This document shows, in pieces, positions 1-7,667 of a DNA stretch of 38,534 nucleotides. The first letter of the stretch is position 1; the number at the start of each line of letters is the position of its first letter. Origin of the DNA: Anaerolineae bacterium (GTDB taxonomy: Bacteria; Chloroflexota; Anaerolineae; B4-G1); NCBI GenBank assembly GCA_050049955.1, contig JASFVG010000001.1:1-38534 (forward strand). The letters run 5' to 3'. The notes under the pieces were generated by a model, which did no database searches, was not told the DNA's origin, and was given only the letters and a program-made list of their open reading frames with translations. A program made the translations under genes and the position numbers.

Positions 1-759
1 TACGCCGCGGCCACGCGCTGCCGCCACGGGCATCTCAATGCCTACCTGGGCGGCCGCACCATCGCTCGATGCAAGGCCTGCGACAACTGTGTCACACTGC
101 CTCCCCTGCCCGTGCCCGACCTGCCCGACCAGGAGAAGCAGTTGCTGACCATTCTGCAATGCGTCGCGAACGCGCCGTGGGGTTGGGGGAGGCAGACGCT
201 GATCCGAATCCTACTTGGCGACACGAAAGCGCGCCGCGGCAGGCGTGCGCTCCACGAGAAGGCCTGTGACCAGGCGGAGTTCGGCGTTCTCGACTTCCGC
301 TCCAAAGCGGCGATCGGCGGGATGCTGGACGATCTTGAGCAAGCAGGCTTGCTGGCAGCAAGAAGACTGAAACACGGCGGCGAAGTGCTAGATCTGACGG
401 TGCAGGGGAGGGCAGCACTGGCAGACGCCAGCGTGCCAGCGGTGTTTGTAGGCCCTGCACAGGAAGAAAGTTCCGGTGAATTTCCTAGGGTTTCACCGGA
501 TACAGCGGAGGCGGAACCGGATGTAGATGAGGTGCTTTACGCGACGTTGCGCGCGTGGAGGCTGGAACACGCACGCGAGCAGGGCGTGCCCTCCTTCGTG
601 ATCTTTCACGATAGCCATCTGCGGGCTATAGCCACACACAGACCGACCACGCCAGAGTCGCTACTCAAGGTGAAGGGTGTCGGCCAGGTAAAGCTGGAGA
701 AGTACGGTGCCAGCATCATTGGGCTGGTACAGGAGCACGTGGGCAAGAAGGCAGACTGA
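1..759 (+). CDS. recQ: ATP-dependent DNA helicase RecQ, C-terminal part (5' end lies outside the window)
   Basis: Frame 1 is open from base 1 and is the same frame as ORF 112..759. The translation begins YAAATRCRHGHLNAYLGGRTIARCKACDNC, the RecQ Zn-binding Cys cluster. It ends with an HRDC-type segment VLYATLRAWRLEHAREQGVPSFVIFHDSHLRAIATHRPTT..LLKVKGVGQVKLEKYG. Stop is TGA at 757-759. Confidence 0.85.
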   Translation, partial: YAAATRCRHGHLNAYLGGRTIARCKACDNCVTLPPLPVPDLPDQEKQLLTILQCVANAPWGWGRQTLIRILLGDTKARRGRRALHEKACDQAEFGVLDFRSKAAIGGMLDDLEQAGLLAARRLKHGGEVLDLTVQGRAALADASVPAVFVGPAQEESSGEFPRVSPDTAEAEPDVDEVLYATLRAWRLEHAREQGVPSFVIFHDSHLRAIATHRPTTPESLLKVKGVGQVKLEKYGASIIGLVQEHVGKKAD

Positions 760-773
760 GAGAGGAACGGCCC

Positions 774-1957
774 GTGCACAGGTATGAAGTGAACCGGCCT
801 ACCTACGACATCGTCGGTGGGTTGACCCGCTTTGATCAGCGGGACAGCGTCTTCTCCCGCGAGCGGCTGATACCCGGCAGCCCCGAGGAGCGAGCCTACC
901 ACACGTCCCACCCAGAGCTGGAGGAGATGGACGGGCGCCTGGCAGCCTTCATCCAGACGGTCGGGCAGCCTGAGAAGGCTAGCAGGCAGGAGGACGCCGC
1001 CCTCTACAGCGCCACCTTCGACCCCATCGCAGGCCTGGGGCTGCCCGATGTGGTTGACGGCCAGCTGGCTCCCAGGAAGGTGGAGGCTCACCCCGCGGGC
1101 ATGGCATCGCGCATCAAGGCTATCGCCCGTCGCCTCGGTGCCGACGATGTGCGAATTGGTCCACTCAACCCTGCCTAGGTCTACAGCCATCGTGGCACGC
1201 CCCCCTTCTTTGCTGGCTACCGACCCAACCCGCCGCACTTCAGTGGTGTCCCCGAGGGATATGGCGACCTGCAGTACGGCGATCCTATCGATGTCCCCCA
1301 TCCCTACGCCATTGCGATGGCCTTCTCGCAGGATCTGGACATTGTGCGGACGGGCGGTACGGCATTCTCCGATTTCGAGGTGGGGAGGGTCTACGCACAA
1401 AGCGCTCTGATGACTACCCAGCTGGCGGCCTACATCCGCGCCCTGGGCTGGCCCGCGCTCGGGCGCACCATCTACGCAACTATGGCGTGCAGGTCGTTCC
1501 GGTGGCGGTGGACGCAGGGCTGGGAGAGCTGGGGCGCTGCGGCTATCTGATTCACCCTCGATTGGGAGCCAATCTGCGCCTGACCTGCGTCACCACGGAC
1601 CTTCCGATGGCGGTCGATGCGCCCGTTGACCTCGGTGTCCAGCACTTCTGCGAACGGTGTCTGAAGTGTGCGATGACCTGCCCGTCCGGTGCGATCTCCA
1701 GCGGGGACAAGGAGGTGGTGCGCGGCGTGCTCAAGTGGCAGATCGACCCGGAGAAGTGCTTGCTCTACTGGGGGCATCTGGGGTCCGCCTGCACGATTTG
1801 CCAGGCGGTCTGCCCGTGGTCGAAGCCACCCACGCTTGCTCACCGGCTGGTGGCCCAGATCGCCTTCAACGTGCCGTCAACCCACCGTTTCCTGGCGTGG
1901 GCCGACGACGTGGCCTATGGTGATCGGTTCAGACCAGCTGAGCCACCAGACTGGTGA
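774..1957 (+). pseudogene. Reductive dehalogenase-like (RdhA-family, cytoplasmic type, 2x[4Fe-4S]) gene, disrupted by an in-frame TAG and a frameshift
   Basis: Frame 3 (774..1178) reads ..RIGPLNPA then TAG at 1176-1178, then continues open as VYSHRGTPPFFAGY...AAYIRALGWPA. The homology then moves to frame 2 near 1455-1475: RAHHLRNYGVQVVPVAVDAGLGELGRCGYLIHPRLG...CERCLKCAMTCPSGAI...CTICQAVCPWSKP. The two ferredoxin-type Cys motifs and the AGLGExGR motif are typical of RdhA/QueG-like enzymes. Confidence 0.7.
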
Positions 1958-1988
1958 GTGTCTTCTCAGCAGGGACGATGCGTGCCCG

Positions 1989-2726
1989 TCAGCGACTCAG
2001 CCAGTTGACGATGGCGACAATGAGGGGGGCTACGGCAATGGCGGGCAGGAGGTTACCCGCGCGGATCCTCTTCACCTGCAAGAGGCCCAACCCCAGCGCG
2101 AGCATCAGGACCCCCCCAGTCGCTGTCATCTCGGCCACCATGGGGTCGCTTAGCACCGCATCGGCCCAGCCCGCGCCCAAGGTCAGCCCTCCCTGGTAGA
2201 TCAGGACGGTGAGCGCCGAGAAGATGACGCCGGGGCCGAGGGTCGAGGAGAAGGCCAATGCGGCGAAGCCATCCATCGTGGATTTGACCGCGAGGAGGGT
2301 ATAGTCGCCCGTCAGCCCGTCCTGGATCGAGCCAAGGATGGTCATCGGGCCGACGCAAAAAACGAGGCTGGCCGTGAGGAAGGCGTGGCTGAAACGCGTT
2401 GCGCCGCCCGCGCCGGCCGCCGAGCCTCCGACAGTAGGTCCATCTCCTCCACCGGTGCGCTTCTCAATCCACTGCCCTACCTGATCGATTCCACGCTCAA
2501 TGTGCAGCAACTCCCCTACTAGACCGCCCACCAGCAGACTACCCAGAACGATAAGGATGTTGCCGGTCTCCAGCGAGAGCTGCACGCCGATGACGATGGT
2601 TAGCAGTCCCAGGCCATGCATGATGGTCTCCCGCATTCTCTCGGGCAGGCGAGCCCCGAGCAACGTGCCCAGGGTGCCGCCAACTAAGACGGTGATCACA
2701 TTGATGATGGTCCCGGTGGCGATCAT
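1989..2726 (-). CDS. DUF554 (YqgA-like) family integral membrane protein
   Basis: 245-aa polytopic hydrophobic protein. The N-terminus MIATGTIINVITVLVGGTLGTLLGARLPERMRETIMHGLGLLTIVIGVQLSLET..LGSLLVGGLVGELLHIE matches the DUF554 pattern as I recall it. ATG is preceded by AAGGTAGG. Confidence 0.7.
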   Translation of the reverse strand: MIATGTIINVITVLVGGTLGTLLGARLPERMRETIMHGLGLLTIVIGVQLSLETGNILIVLGSLLVGGLVGELLHIERGIDQVGQWIEKRTGGGDGPTVGGSAAGAGGATRFSHAFLTASLVFCVGPMTILGSIQDGLTGDYTLLAVKSTMDGFAALAFSSTLGPGVIFSALTVLIYQGGLTLGAGWADAVLSDPMVAEMTATGGVLMLALGLGLLQVKRIRAGNLLPAIAVAPLIVAIVNWLSR

Positions 2727-2797
2727 AGGTTTCCTACCTTAGTCTTCTGCAGCAGCCCGTTCAAGTCTCCGAAAAGCGAGTCGGCACGGCTTCGAGA

Positions 2798-2825
2798 ATT
2801 CTACCGGCAGGAAAGCAGAAGTCAA
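2798..2825 (-). promoter_or_regulatory. Candidate sigma70-type promoter for the DUF554 gene (TTGACT-16-TAGAAT)
   Basis: The minus strand reads TTGACTtctgctttcctgccggTAGAAT, about 70 nt upstream of the ATG at 2726. Confidence 0.4.
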
Positions 2826-2925
2826 TCAGTGTCTATCGTCCCTCAACGGGGTATCGCCGTAGGGTCAAAGGGCCAACCAAACCCATCTGTGGACAGACGC
2901 CGGGTGCACCCGCAGGCAGTCCAGC

Positions 2926-2954
2926 TTGTTTGGTTTGGTGCTCTGTACTATAAT
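2926..2954 (+). promoter_or_regulatory. Candidate sigma70-type promoter for lepB (TTGTTT-17-TATAAT)
   Basis: TTGTTTggtttggtgctctgtacTATAAT. The -10 box ends 10 nt before the in-frame ATG at 2965. Confidence 0.4.
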
Positions 2955-2964
2955 GCCGCCCATA

Positions 2965-3597
2965 ATGCAAGATAGTGGTGATGGTATACTGACGAACACA
3001 GAAGAGCCGCGGCTCCTTGACCCTTCAGACACACAACCTCTCTCCCTCTCTCGCGCTTTTGGCGGTCGATCGTTGCTGCGGGAGATTCTGGAGACTGCCC
3101 TCCTAACGCTGATCATCTTCCTGGTTGTCAACACGCTGACGGGCCGTTCCCAGGTGCGCGGATCCAGCATGGAACCCACGCTTCGCGATGGGCAGTATCT
3201 GGTGGTGAGCAAACTGGCATACTGGCTCCGCCCGGCCGACCGTGGAGACATCGTGGTCTTTCGCCCGCCCAACAGCCTGTCCGACGACTACATCAAGCGC
3301 GTTGTCGGTCTACCCGGGGAACAGGTGAAGATCAGCAACGGGCAGGTGCGCGTGGATGGTGTGCCGCTTGAAGAGACTTACGTGATCAACCAGAGTTCCT
3401 ATTCCGGATCCTGGAAGCTTGGGGACGACGAGTACTTCGTGCTCGGCGACAATCGGCGGAACTCGAGTGATTCGCACACCTGGGGGATGGTCCCTCGAGA
3501 GAACATCATCGGTAAGGCGTGGCTCTGCTACTGGCCACCGGAGGCCCTAGGGCCCGTGGAGCACCACGACTTCCCGAAGCCTGCCCGCCGGGGCTAG
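2965..3597 (+). CDS. lepB: Signal peptidase I
   Basis: One TM helix (ALLTLIIFLVVNTL) is followed by the catalytic Ser box GSSMEPTL, the Lys box YIKRVVGLPGE, and GDNRRNSSDSHTWGMVPRENIIGKA. The ORF is open from 2926 (TTG), but that TTG coincides with the putative -35 box. I chose ATG 2965; 2953 is also possible. Confidence 0.85.
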   Translation: MQDSGDGILTNTEEPRLLDPSDTQPLSLSRAFGGRSLLREILETALLTLIIFLVVNTLTGRSQVRGSSMEPTLRDGQYLVVSKLAYWLRPADRGDIVVFRPPNSLSDDYIKRVVGLPGEQVKISNGQVRVDGVPLEETYVINQSSYSGSWKLGDDEYFVLGDNRRNSSDSHTWGMVPRENIIGKAWLCYWPPEALGPVEHHDFPKPARRG

Positions 3598-3752
3598 GAA
3601 AGCCATCGTAGTCACCGACATGAGCCACTTCGAAGGCACGGCCCACCCTGGCTAGGCCGGGAGTCTGCTGGCGGTGATTGGGAGGTGCGTGGGGAAGTCG
3701 TGCTGGTTGACCTACGACCGCATGTCGCCAGATCGTGCAAAGGAGTCCTGAG

Positions 3753-4268
3753 ATGCGCGACGGCGTGAGCCCGAACGTACTGATGGTGGATTTCTTCACG
3801 CGCTATCATCGCATTTCGGGCAGTGTGGATGTTCGCTCGCGGAGGCTTGCGGACCAGCTCGAGGATCGCACGACGGACTTCATAGAGCTGGAGGATGCTT
3901 ACGTCTCCCGCGTCGAGTATCCCGGGGATATCATCGCCAGCCAAGCCGTTTCTGTTCTGCGCAAGGAAACCATCTTGGTGGCAGTTGTGGCCCGCGAGGA
4001 GGACGGCCTCACAACCAGTCAGAGCTACGGCAGCTACCTGGGCCCCCATTTTCAGACAGCCTTTCTCATTGTCTCGGACTTCGAGGTGCAGGGCTACCTT
4101 CGGCTCTGGGGGAAGAGGCATCTACGCTCAGTGCTCACCAGCGGCAAGATGTTCGTGACGGTCCAGGATGGCACGATGAGATACTCTGGGCACCCGGAAG
4201 TCGAGTTCACCGGCGCCATCATACTGGTCAACAGAACACGCGTCGAGGCCATCTGGCAGGATGGCTGA
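3753..4268 (+). CDS. Hypothetical protein (171 aa) with two tandem copies of a ~65-aa module
   Basis: ATG at 3753 is preceded by AAGGAG (3740-3745, 7-nt spacer). Codon usage looks GC3-biased and coding. Residues ~12-78 and ~103-167 align by eye on the pattern xGxhxh..(R/K)R..L......Fhxhx-D....P......hhV.R..h..h. I recognise no family. Confidence 0.6.
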   Translation: MRDGVSPNVLMVDFFTRYHRISGSVDVRSRRLADQLEDRTTDFIELEDAYVSRVEYPGDIIASQAVSVLRKETILVAVVAREEDGLTTSQSYGSYLGPHFQTAFLIVSDFEVQGYLRLWGKRHLRSVLTSGKMFVTVQDGTMRYSGHPEVEFTGAIILVNRTRVEAIWQDG

Positions 4269-4303
4269 TTCCCAGCCTGTGACGTCAACGGAAGGAGCGA
4301 ACG

Positions 4304-5392
4304 ATGGCCAGAATCCTCGTGGTCGATGACGACACGGCACTGCTCGACATAGCCCGTGTGCTGCTGGAACATCAGGGCGGCCACGAGGCGGTGCTAAGCG
4401 CCGACGGGGAGGAGGCGTTGGCGATAGCTCGAGAGGATCCTCCCGATCTGGCCATCATCGATGTGATGATGCCGGGCATGACCGGATATGAGGTCTGCCG
4501 CCAGCTGCGCGCATCTCCGGAGACGTCTTCCATGCCGATCTTGGTCCTCACGGCCCGAGGCCAGCCTGTCGACCGGGCCGCAGCGCTGGAGGCCGGGGCC
4601 GATGAGCACGTTGCCAAGCCCTTCGAGATGTCTGACTTGCTCGATCGGGTGAATGAACTTCTGGAGTGGGGCACGAAAGCGGCGCGTTCCCGGATTGTGG
4701 TGTTGCTGGGTCTTCGAGGAGGCGTGGGCGTTACGACGCTGGCCGTCAATCTGGCCGCCACGCTGCTTCGCGAGGGGCGCGACAGCGTCTGCCTGGTCGA
4801 CCTGTGTCCGTCCTCTGGACACGTTGCGCTCCAGTTGGGGCTCCGTCCTGAACCGAACTGGAGCAAGTTGGTATCCATCGCCACCCCCGATGCAAACGCC
4901 GTCGAGGGTGTCCTCATGGAGCACCGTTCGGGGCTTCGCGTCTTGGCGTCGCCGATTGTGCCTGTGGTGGGGGATGGGCTGGCACCAAGCACCGTAGATA
5001 CCGTGCTGGGGACGCTTCAGAAGCGATTCGAGATCGTCGTCGTGGACACGCCGTCCATACTGAACGGGACAACCATGGCCGCGCTGGAAGCGGCTACCAA
5101 CACCTGGCTCGTTATGGCCGCGGAACCGGCTTCAGTACAGACCATGCTGGGTACTGGGCGCGCCCTGGGCGAGCAAGCCGACAGGTTCTCTGTGATTCTC
5201 AACCAGGCCGTGCCGGGGCAGGCGGCCTCGCCGCGGGCGACGGAGCAGGTCCTCAAGCGCTGCCTCGCCGGCCACACACCGTTCGACCCGGGACAGGCAC
5301 AGGCGCTGGCCCGGGGCCAACCCCTGGCTTTCGGAGAGCCGGACTCACCGCTGGCGAAGGCCATGAACGGGCTAGTCAAGACACTGATCTAG
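4304..5392 (+). CDS. Response-regulator receiver domain fused to a CpaE/TadZ-like ParA/MinD-family P-loop domain (lysine-less Walker A)
   Basis: The N-terminal REC domain has all canonical residues: VVDDD, phospho-acceptor D53 in IIDVMMPGMTG, LVLTA, AKPF. The C-terminal half has VVLLGLRGGVGVTTLAVNLA (nt 4709-4738) and a Walker B-like FEIVVVDTPS. SD GGAAGGAG lies upstream of the ATG. Confidence 0.8.
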   Translation: MARILVVDDDTALLDIARVLLEHQGGHEAVLSADGEEALAIAREDPPDLAIIDVMMPGMTGYEVCRQLRASPETSSMPILVLTARGQPVDRAAALEAGADEHVAKPFEMSDLLDRVNELLEWGTKAARSRIVVLLGLRGGVGVTTLAVNLAATLLREGRDSVCLVDLCPSSGHVALQLGLRPEPNWSKLVSIATPDANAVEGVLMEHRSGLRVLASPIVPVVGDGLAPSTVDTVLGTLQKRFEIVVVDTPSILNGTTMAALEAATNTWLVMAAEPASVQTMLGTGRALGEQADRFSVILNQAVPGQAASPRATEQVLKRCLAGHTPFDPGQAQALARGQPLAFGEPDSPLAKAMNGLVKTLI

Positions 5393-5434
5393 CGCGTCCC
5401 GGCCCCCGCTGCTCACCCCGAAGCCTTCCGTGCG

Positions 5435-6043
5435 TCAACGGTGCGATGACCATATGCGAACGCTCTGGTACTGCACCGAGACGGGCTCATCAAAGGCCCT
5501 TATCCACAGCCCCACATCGCCCTTGAGCCACGTGTCGTCCTCGACGGTTGCGGTGTACTCGTCGTTGATGGCGAAGGTACAGGAGCGCCCCTCGCAGGTC
5601 ACACGCAAGCGGTTTCCCCCCTTGCGCCGGATGTGAGGGAACTGCTGCCACGGAGCCAGGAGGATCTCCCGGCTCCCGTCGATGCGCAGGACAGCGTAGT
5701 ATCCATCCGCGCCTACCGCGAAGGCGTAGTAGTGCGAGGGATCCTGCGCACGGTAGGCCAGGCCGTAGCCGTACGAGCCGGATTCGGGGCCAGATATCGG
5801 GCGAGCGATGATCTCGAACGCGAAATCCTTGCCGGTCTGGTTCAGCAGCGTCAGCTCTGTGGTGTGGGCCGCCGCATCCAGGCGCCGGGGGACCACCGAA
5901 TCCTCCCAATCAGGCATGCCGGACGGGCGGGGACTGTTCCAGCCGAGGGACAGGGCTGCAATCAGTAGAAGCGCGGCCGTCAGAGTTCCTGCCAAGAGCG
6001 CCACGCTGGCGCGCCAGAAGATCGGATCAACGCGCCTGTTCAA
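5435..6043 (-). CDS. Membrane-anchored hypothetical protein with a beta-rich (lectin/jellyroll-like) extracytoplasmic domain
   Basis: N-terminal TM helix (ASVALLAGTLTAALLLIAALSL). It is followed by FAFEIIARPISGPESGSYGYGLAYRAQDPSHYYAFAVGADGYYAVLRIDG...RLRVTCEGRSCTFAINDEYTATVEDDTWLKGDVGLWIRAF. The fold assignment is a guess. TTG start, 41 nt downstream of the PLD gene. Confidence 0.55.
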   Translation of the reverse strand: MNRRVDPIFWRASVALLAGTLTAALLLIAALSLGWNSPRPSGMPDWEDSVVPRRLDAAAHTTELTLLNQTGKDFAFEIIARPISGPESGSYGYGLAYRAQDPSHYYAFAVGADGYYAVLRIDGSREILLAPWQQFPHIRRKGGNRLRVTCEGRSCTFAINDEYTATVEDDTWLKGDVGLWIRAFDEPVSVQYQSVRIWSSHR

Positions 6044-6084
6044 CCCACGGCCTGCCCTCTCGTCAATCTGGCATCGCTCGTGTC

Positions 6085-7293
6085 TCAGCCTGGCCCTCCT
6101 CCATTCTGGTCGAGGAGAGATAGCCGCTTTCGCCGACGGCTAGCCACGCCTGCCGGCACAGCCTTCCTCCCAAGTGCAGCCTGCCGCTGGGCCTCCTCGT
6201 AGGAGCGCCGGAACTCCTCCACGAACAGCCCCGCAACCACAACGTCATGGATGATGAGCAGGTTTTCATCGTTGTAGGACTCGGCGCTGTTGGTGAAGTT
6301 GTATGAGCCCAGGATGACCGTCTCGTCGTCGATGATGATCACCTTGTGGTGCATGCTGTAGCGATTGCCGTCGGCGAGTATATCGTGGACCGCCTCTCGC
6401 AGTCGGTCGGCTTGGCTTCCGGACTGGTCCCAGTTGCGTGCCTCGATGATGCCCTGCACCGCCACGCCGGAACGGGAACGCTCGACCATCGCGTCGGCGA
6501 TAGCCTCGCTGGTAAAGACGAAGGCGAGGAAGCGGATGCGCTCCTGTGCGGACTGGATCTCGGCCATGATCTGGTCGGCCACGGCGTCGTCAGGGGAGAA
6601 ATAGCTCTCCAGCTCAATCGACCGCCTCCGTCCCTCGTCGGCTTCTACCGTGATGATCACGCGTGGGTTGGGCGTGTTGGTTGGCGATTCGGATCCAAAG
6701 AAACCCGCGACCATCTCGTTGAACTCGGTGGTGTAGTTTTCGGCGAGCGCGGGAGAGGCAATCAGGACGGCGTGGTTGTTGTTGTGGTAAGTGCCGCTTT
6801 CCGTAGGATTCCACGATCCTGTCCACACCCATTGGTCGTCGACAGTTACAAACTTGTGATGCATCCGGCCACTATCCAGAGGGTCCTCGAACAGGGCGAT
6901 ACCGGCCCTCCGAAGTCTGCCGAGTGCTGCGCTGTGAGCGTTGTCGCTCTCGGTGACGAGGCGCACCCGCACTCCCCGGCGCTCGGCCACTATGAGGGCT
7001 TGGGCCACGCTGTCCAGACTAAGGTCGTAGGCGGCCACGTTTACGCTTGTCTCCGCGTGCCGGATGAGCGACGCTAGGTCTTGGTCCAGGCCGTCGTGGT
7101 GAGGGGCTTGGGTGCCAGCGTGGTGGGGATTCGTGAAGTAGACGCGGATCCAGTCGCCCTGAACCCTCTCCCGGACAGAGTAATCTCCGCCCAAGGTGCC
7201 TAGGGCGTCGCACGCGAGCTGTGTCGCGGCCAGAGCGACAAATGCCAGGACAACGGCGCCCCTGATGGTGCCTGCATCGTGGGTCCGTTCCAT
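6085..7293 (-). CDS. Phospholipase D-family protein (two HKD motifs), membrane-anchored or secreted
   Basis: Two HxKxxxxD motifs: MHHKFVTVDDQWVWTGSWNPTESG and MHHKVIIIDDETVILGSYNFTNSA. N-terminal hydrophobic anchor AVVLAFVALAATQLA. The ORF is open to 7350, but ATG 7293 sits 7 nt after a TACAAT box. Confidence 0.85.
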   Translation of the reverse strand: MERTHDAGTIRGAVVLAFVALAATQLACDALGTLGGDYSVRERVQGDWIRVYFTNPHHAGTQAPHHDGLDQDLASLIRHAETSVNVAAYDLSLDSVAQALIVAERRGVRVRLVTESDNAHSAALGRLRRAGIALFEDPLDSGRMHHKFVTVDDQWVWTGSWNPTESGTYHNNNHAVLIASPALAENYTTEFNEMVAGFFGSESPTNTPNPRVIITVEADEGRRRSIELESYFSPDDAVADQIMAEIQSAQERIRFLAFVFTSEAIADAMVERSRSGVAVQGIIEARNWDQSGSQADRLREAVHDILADGNRYSMHHKVIIIDDETVILGSYNFTNSAESYNDENLLIIHDVVVAGLFVEEFRRSYEEAQRQAALGRKAVPAGVASRRRKRLSLLDQNGGGPG

Positions 7294-7300
7294 GGCCCGG

Positions 7301-7328
7301 ATTGTAGTCCGTCTGAACTGTGGGGCAA
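7301..7328 (-). promoter_or_regulatory. Candidate promoter of leaderless type for the PLD gene (TTGCCC-16-TACAAT-7 nt-ATG)
   Basis: The minus strand reads TTGCCCcacagttcagacggacTACAATccgggccATG. Confidence 0.4.
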
Positions 7329-7545
7329 GCAGCAGTCGATAGCTGCGCAATCAGGGATGCAACGGACAAGGAGGACTCACTGGAGGCGCATGGAAGACAA
7401 CGGCGTCAGGGCGTGGAATCACCCCAGAGCTGGGTGTATTGTGCCACGCGCCTCGGAACGACGGGCAGTTTGTCCTAGCAAGTCGTACCATCGACCCTGG
7501 GTCAACAGCACTCGGCATGGCGTCAGACGATGACGGCCTCCCGGA

Positions 7546-7574
7546 TTGCCGGAAGACTCTGCGGATGATATGAT
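7546..7574 (+). promoter_or_regulatory. Candidate sigma70-type promoter (TTGCCG-17-TATGAT) upstream of the phosphodiester glycosidase gene
   Basis: TTGCCGgaagactctgcggatgaTATGAT. It lies in the divergent intergenic region shared with the PLD gene. Confidence 0.35.
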
Positions 7575-7667
7575 CGGTTGCAGGAGTTTGGAGCGGGTTC
7601 TCCCAAGGTAGCTGGTTTCGATGCTGTGGCGGCCCGCCGGCAGCATCCTGTACAATTAATCCAGACC

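Noticed and set aside
1176-1178. In-frame TAG as programmed recoding (pyrrolysine or an altered genetic code).
   Set aside because: TAG is used as an ordinary stop by parA, parB, rpmH and the PQQ-propeller gene in this same window. The same gene also has a frameshift, so decay or sequence error is the simpler explanation.
2350-2362. The A6 run and flanking string aaaaaacgaggc, identical to the string at the ABC-F leader terminator (34776-34787).
   Set aside because: It lies inside the DUF554 coding region with no flanking stem. A shared 12-mer is most likely coincidence.
5500-5508. Perfect DnaA-box 9-mer TTATCCACA.
   Set aside because: It is a single copy inside a coding region, and one chance occurrence in ~77 kb of two-strand sequence is unremarkable. 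There is no cluster and no adjacent AT-rich unwinding element, so I do not call an origin.
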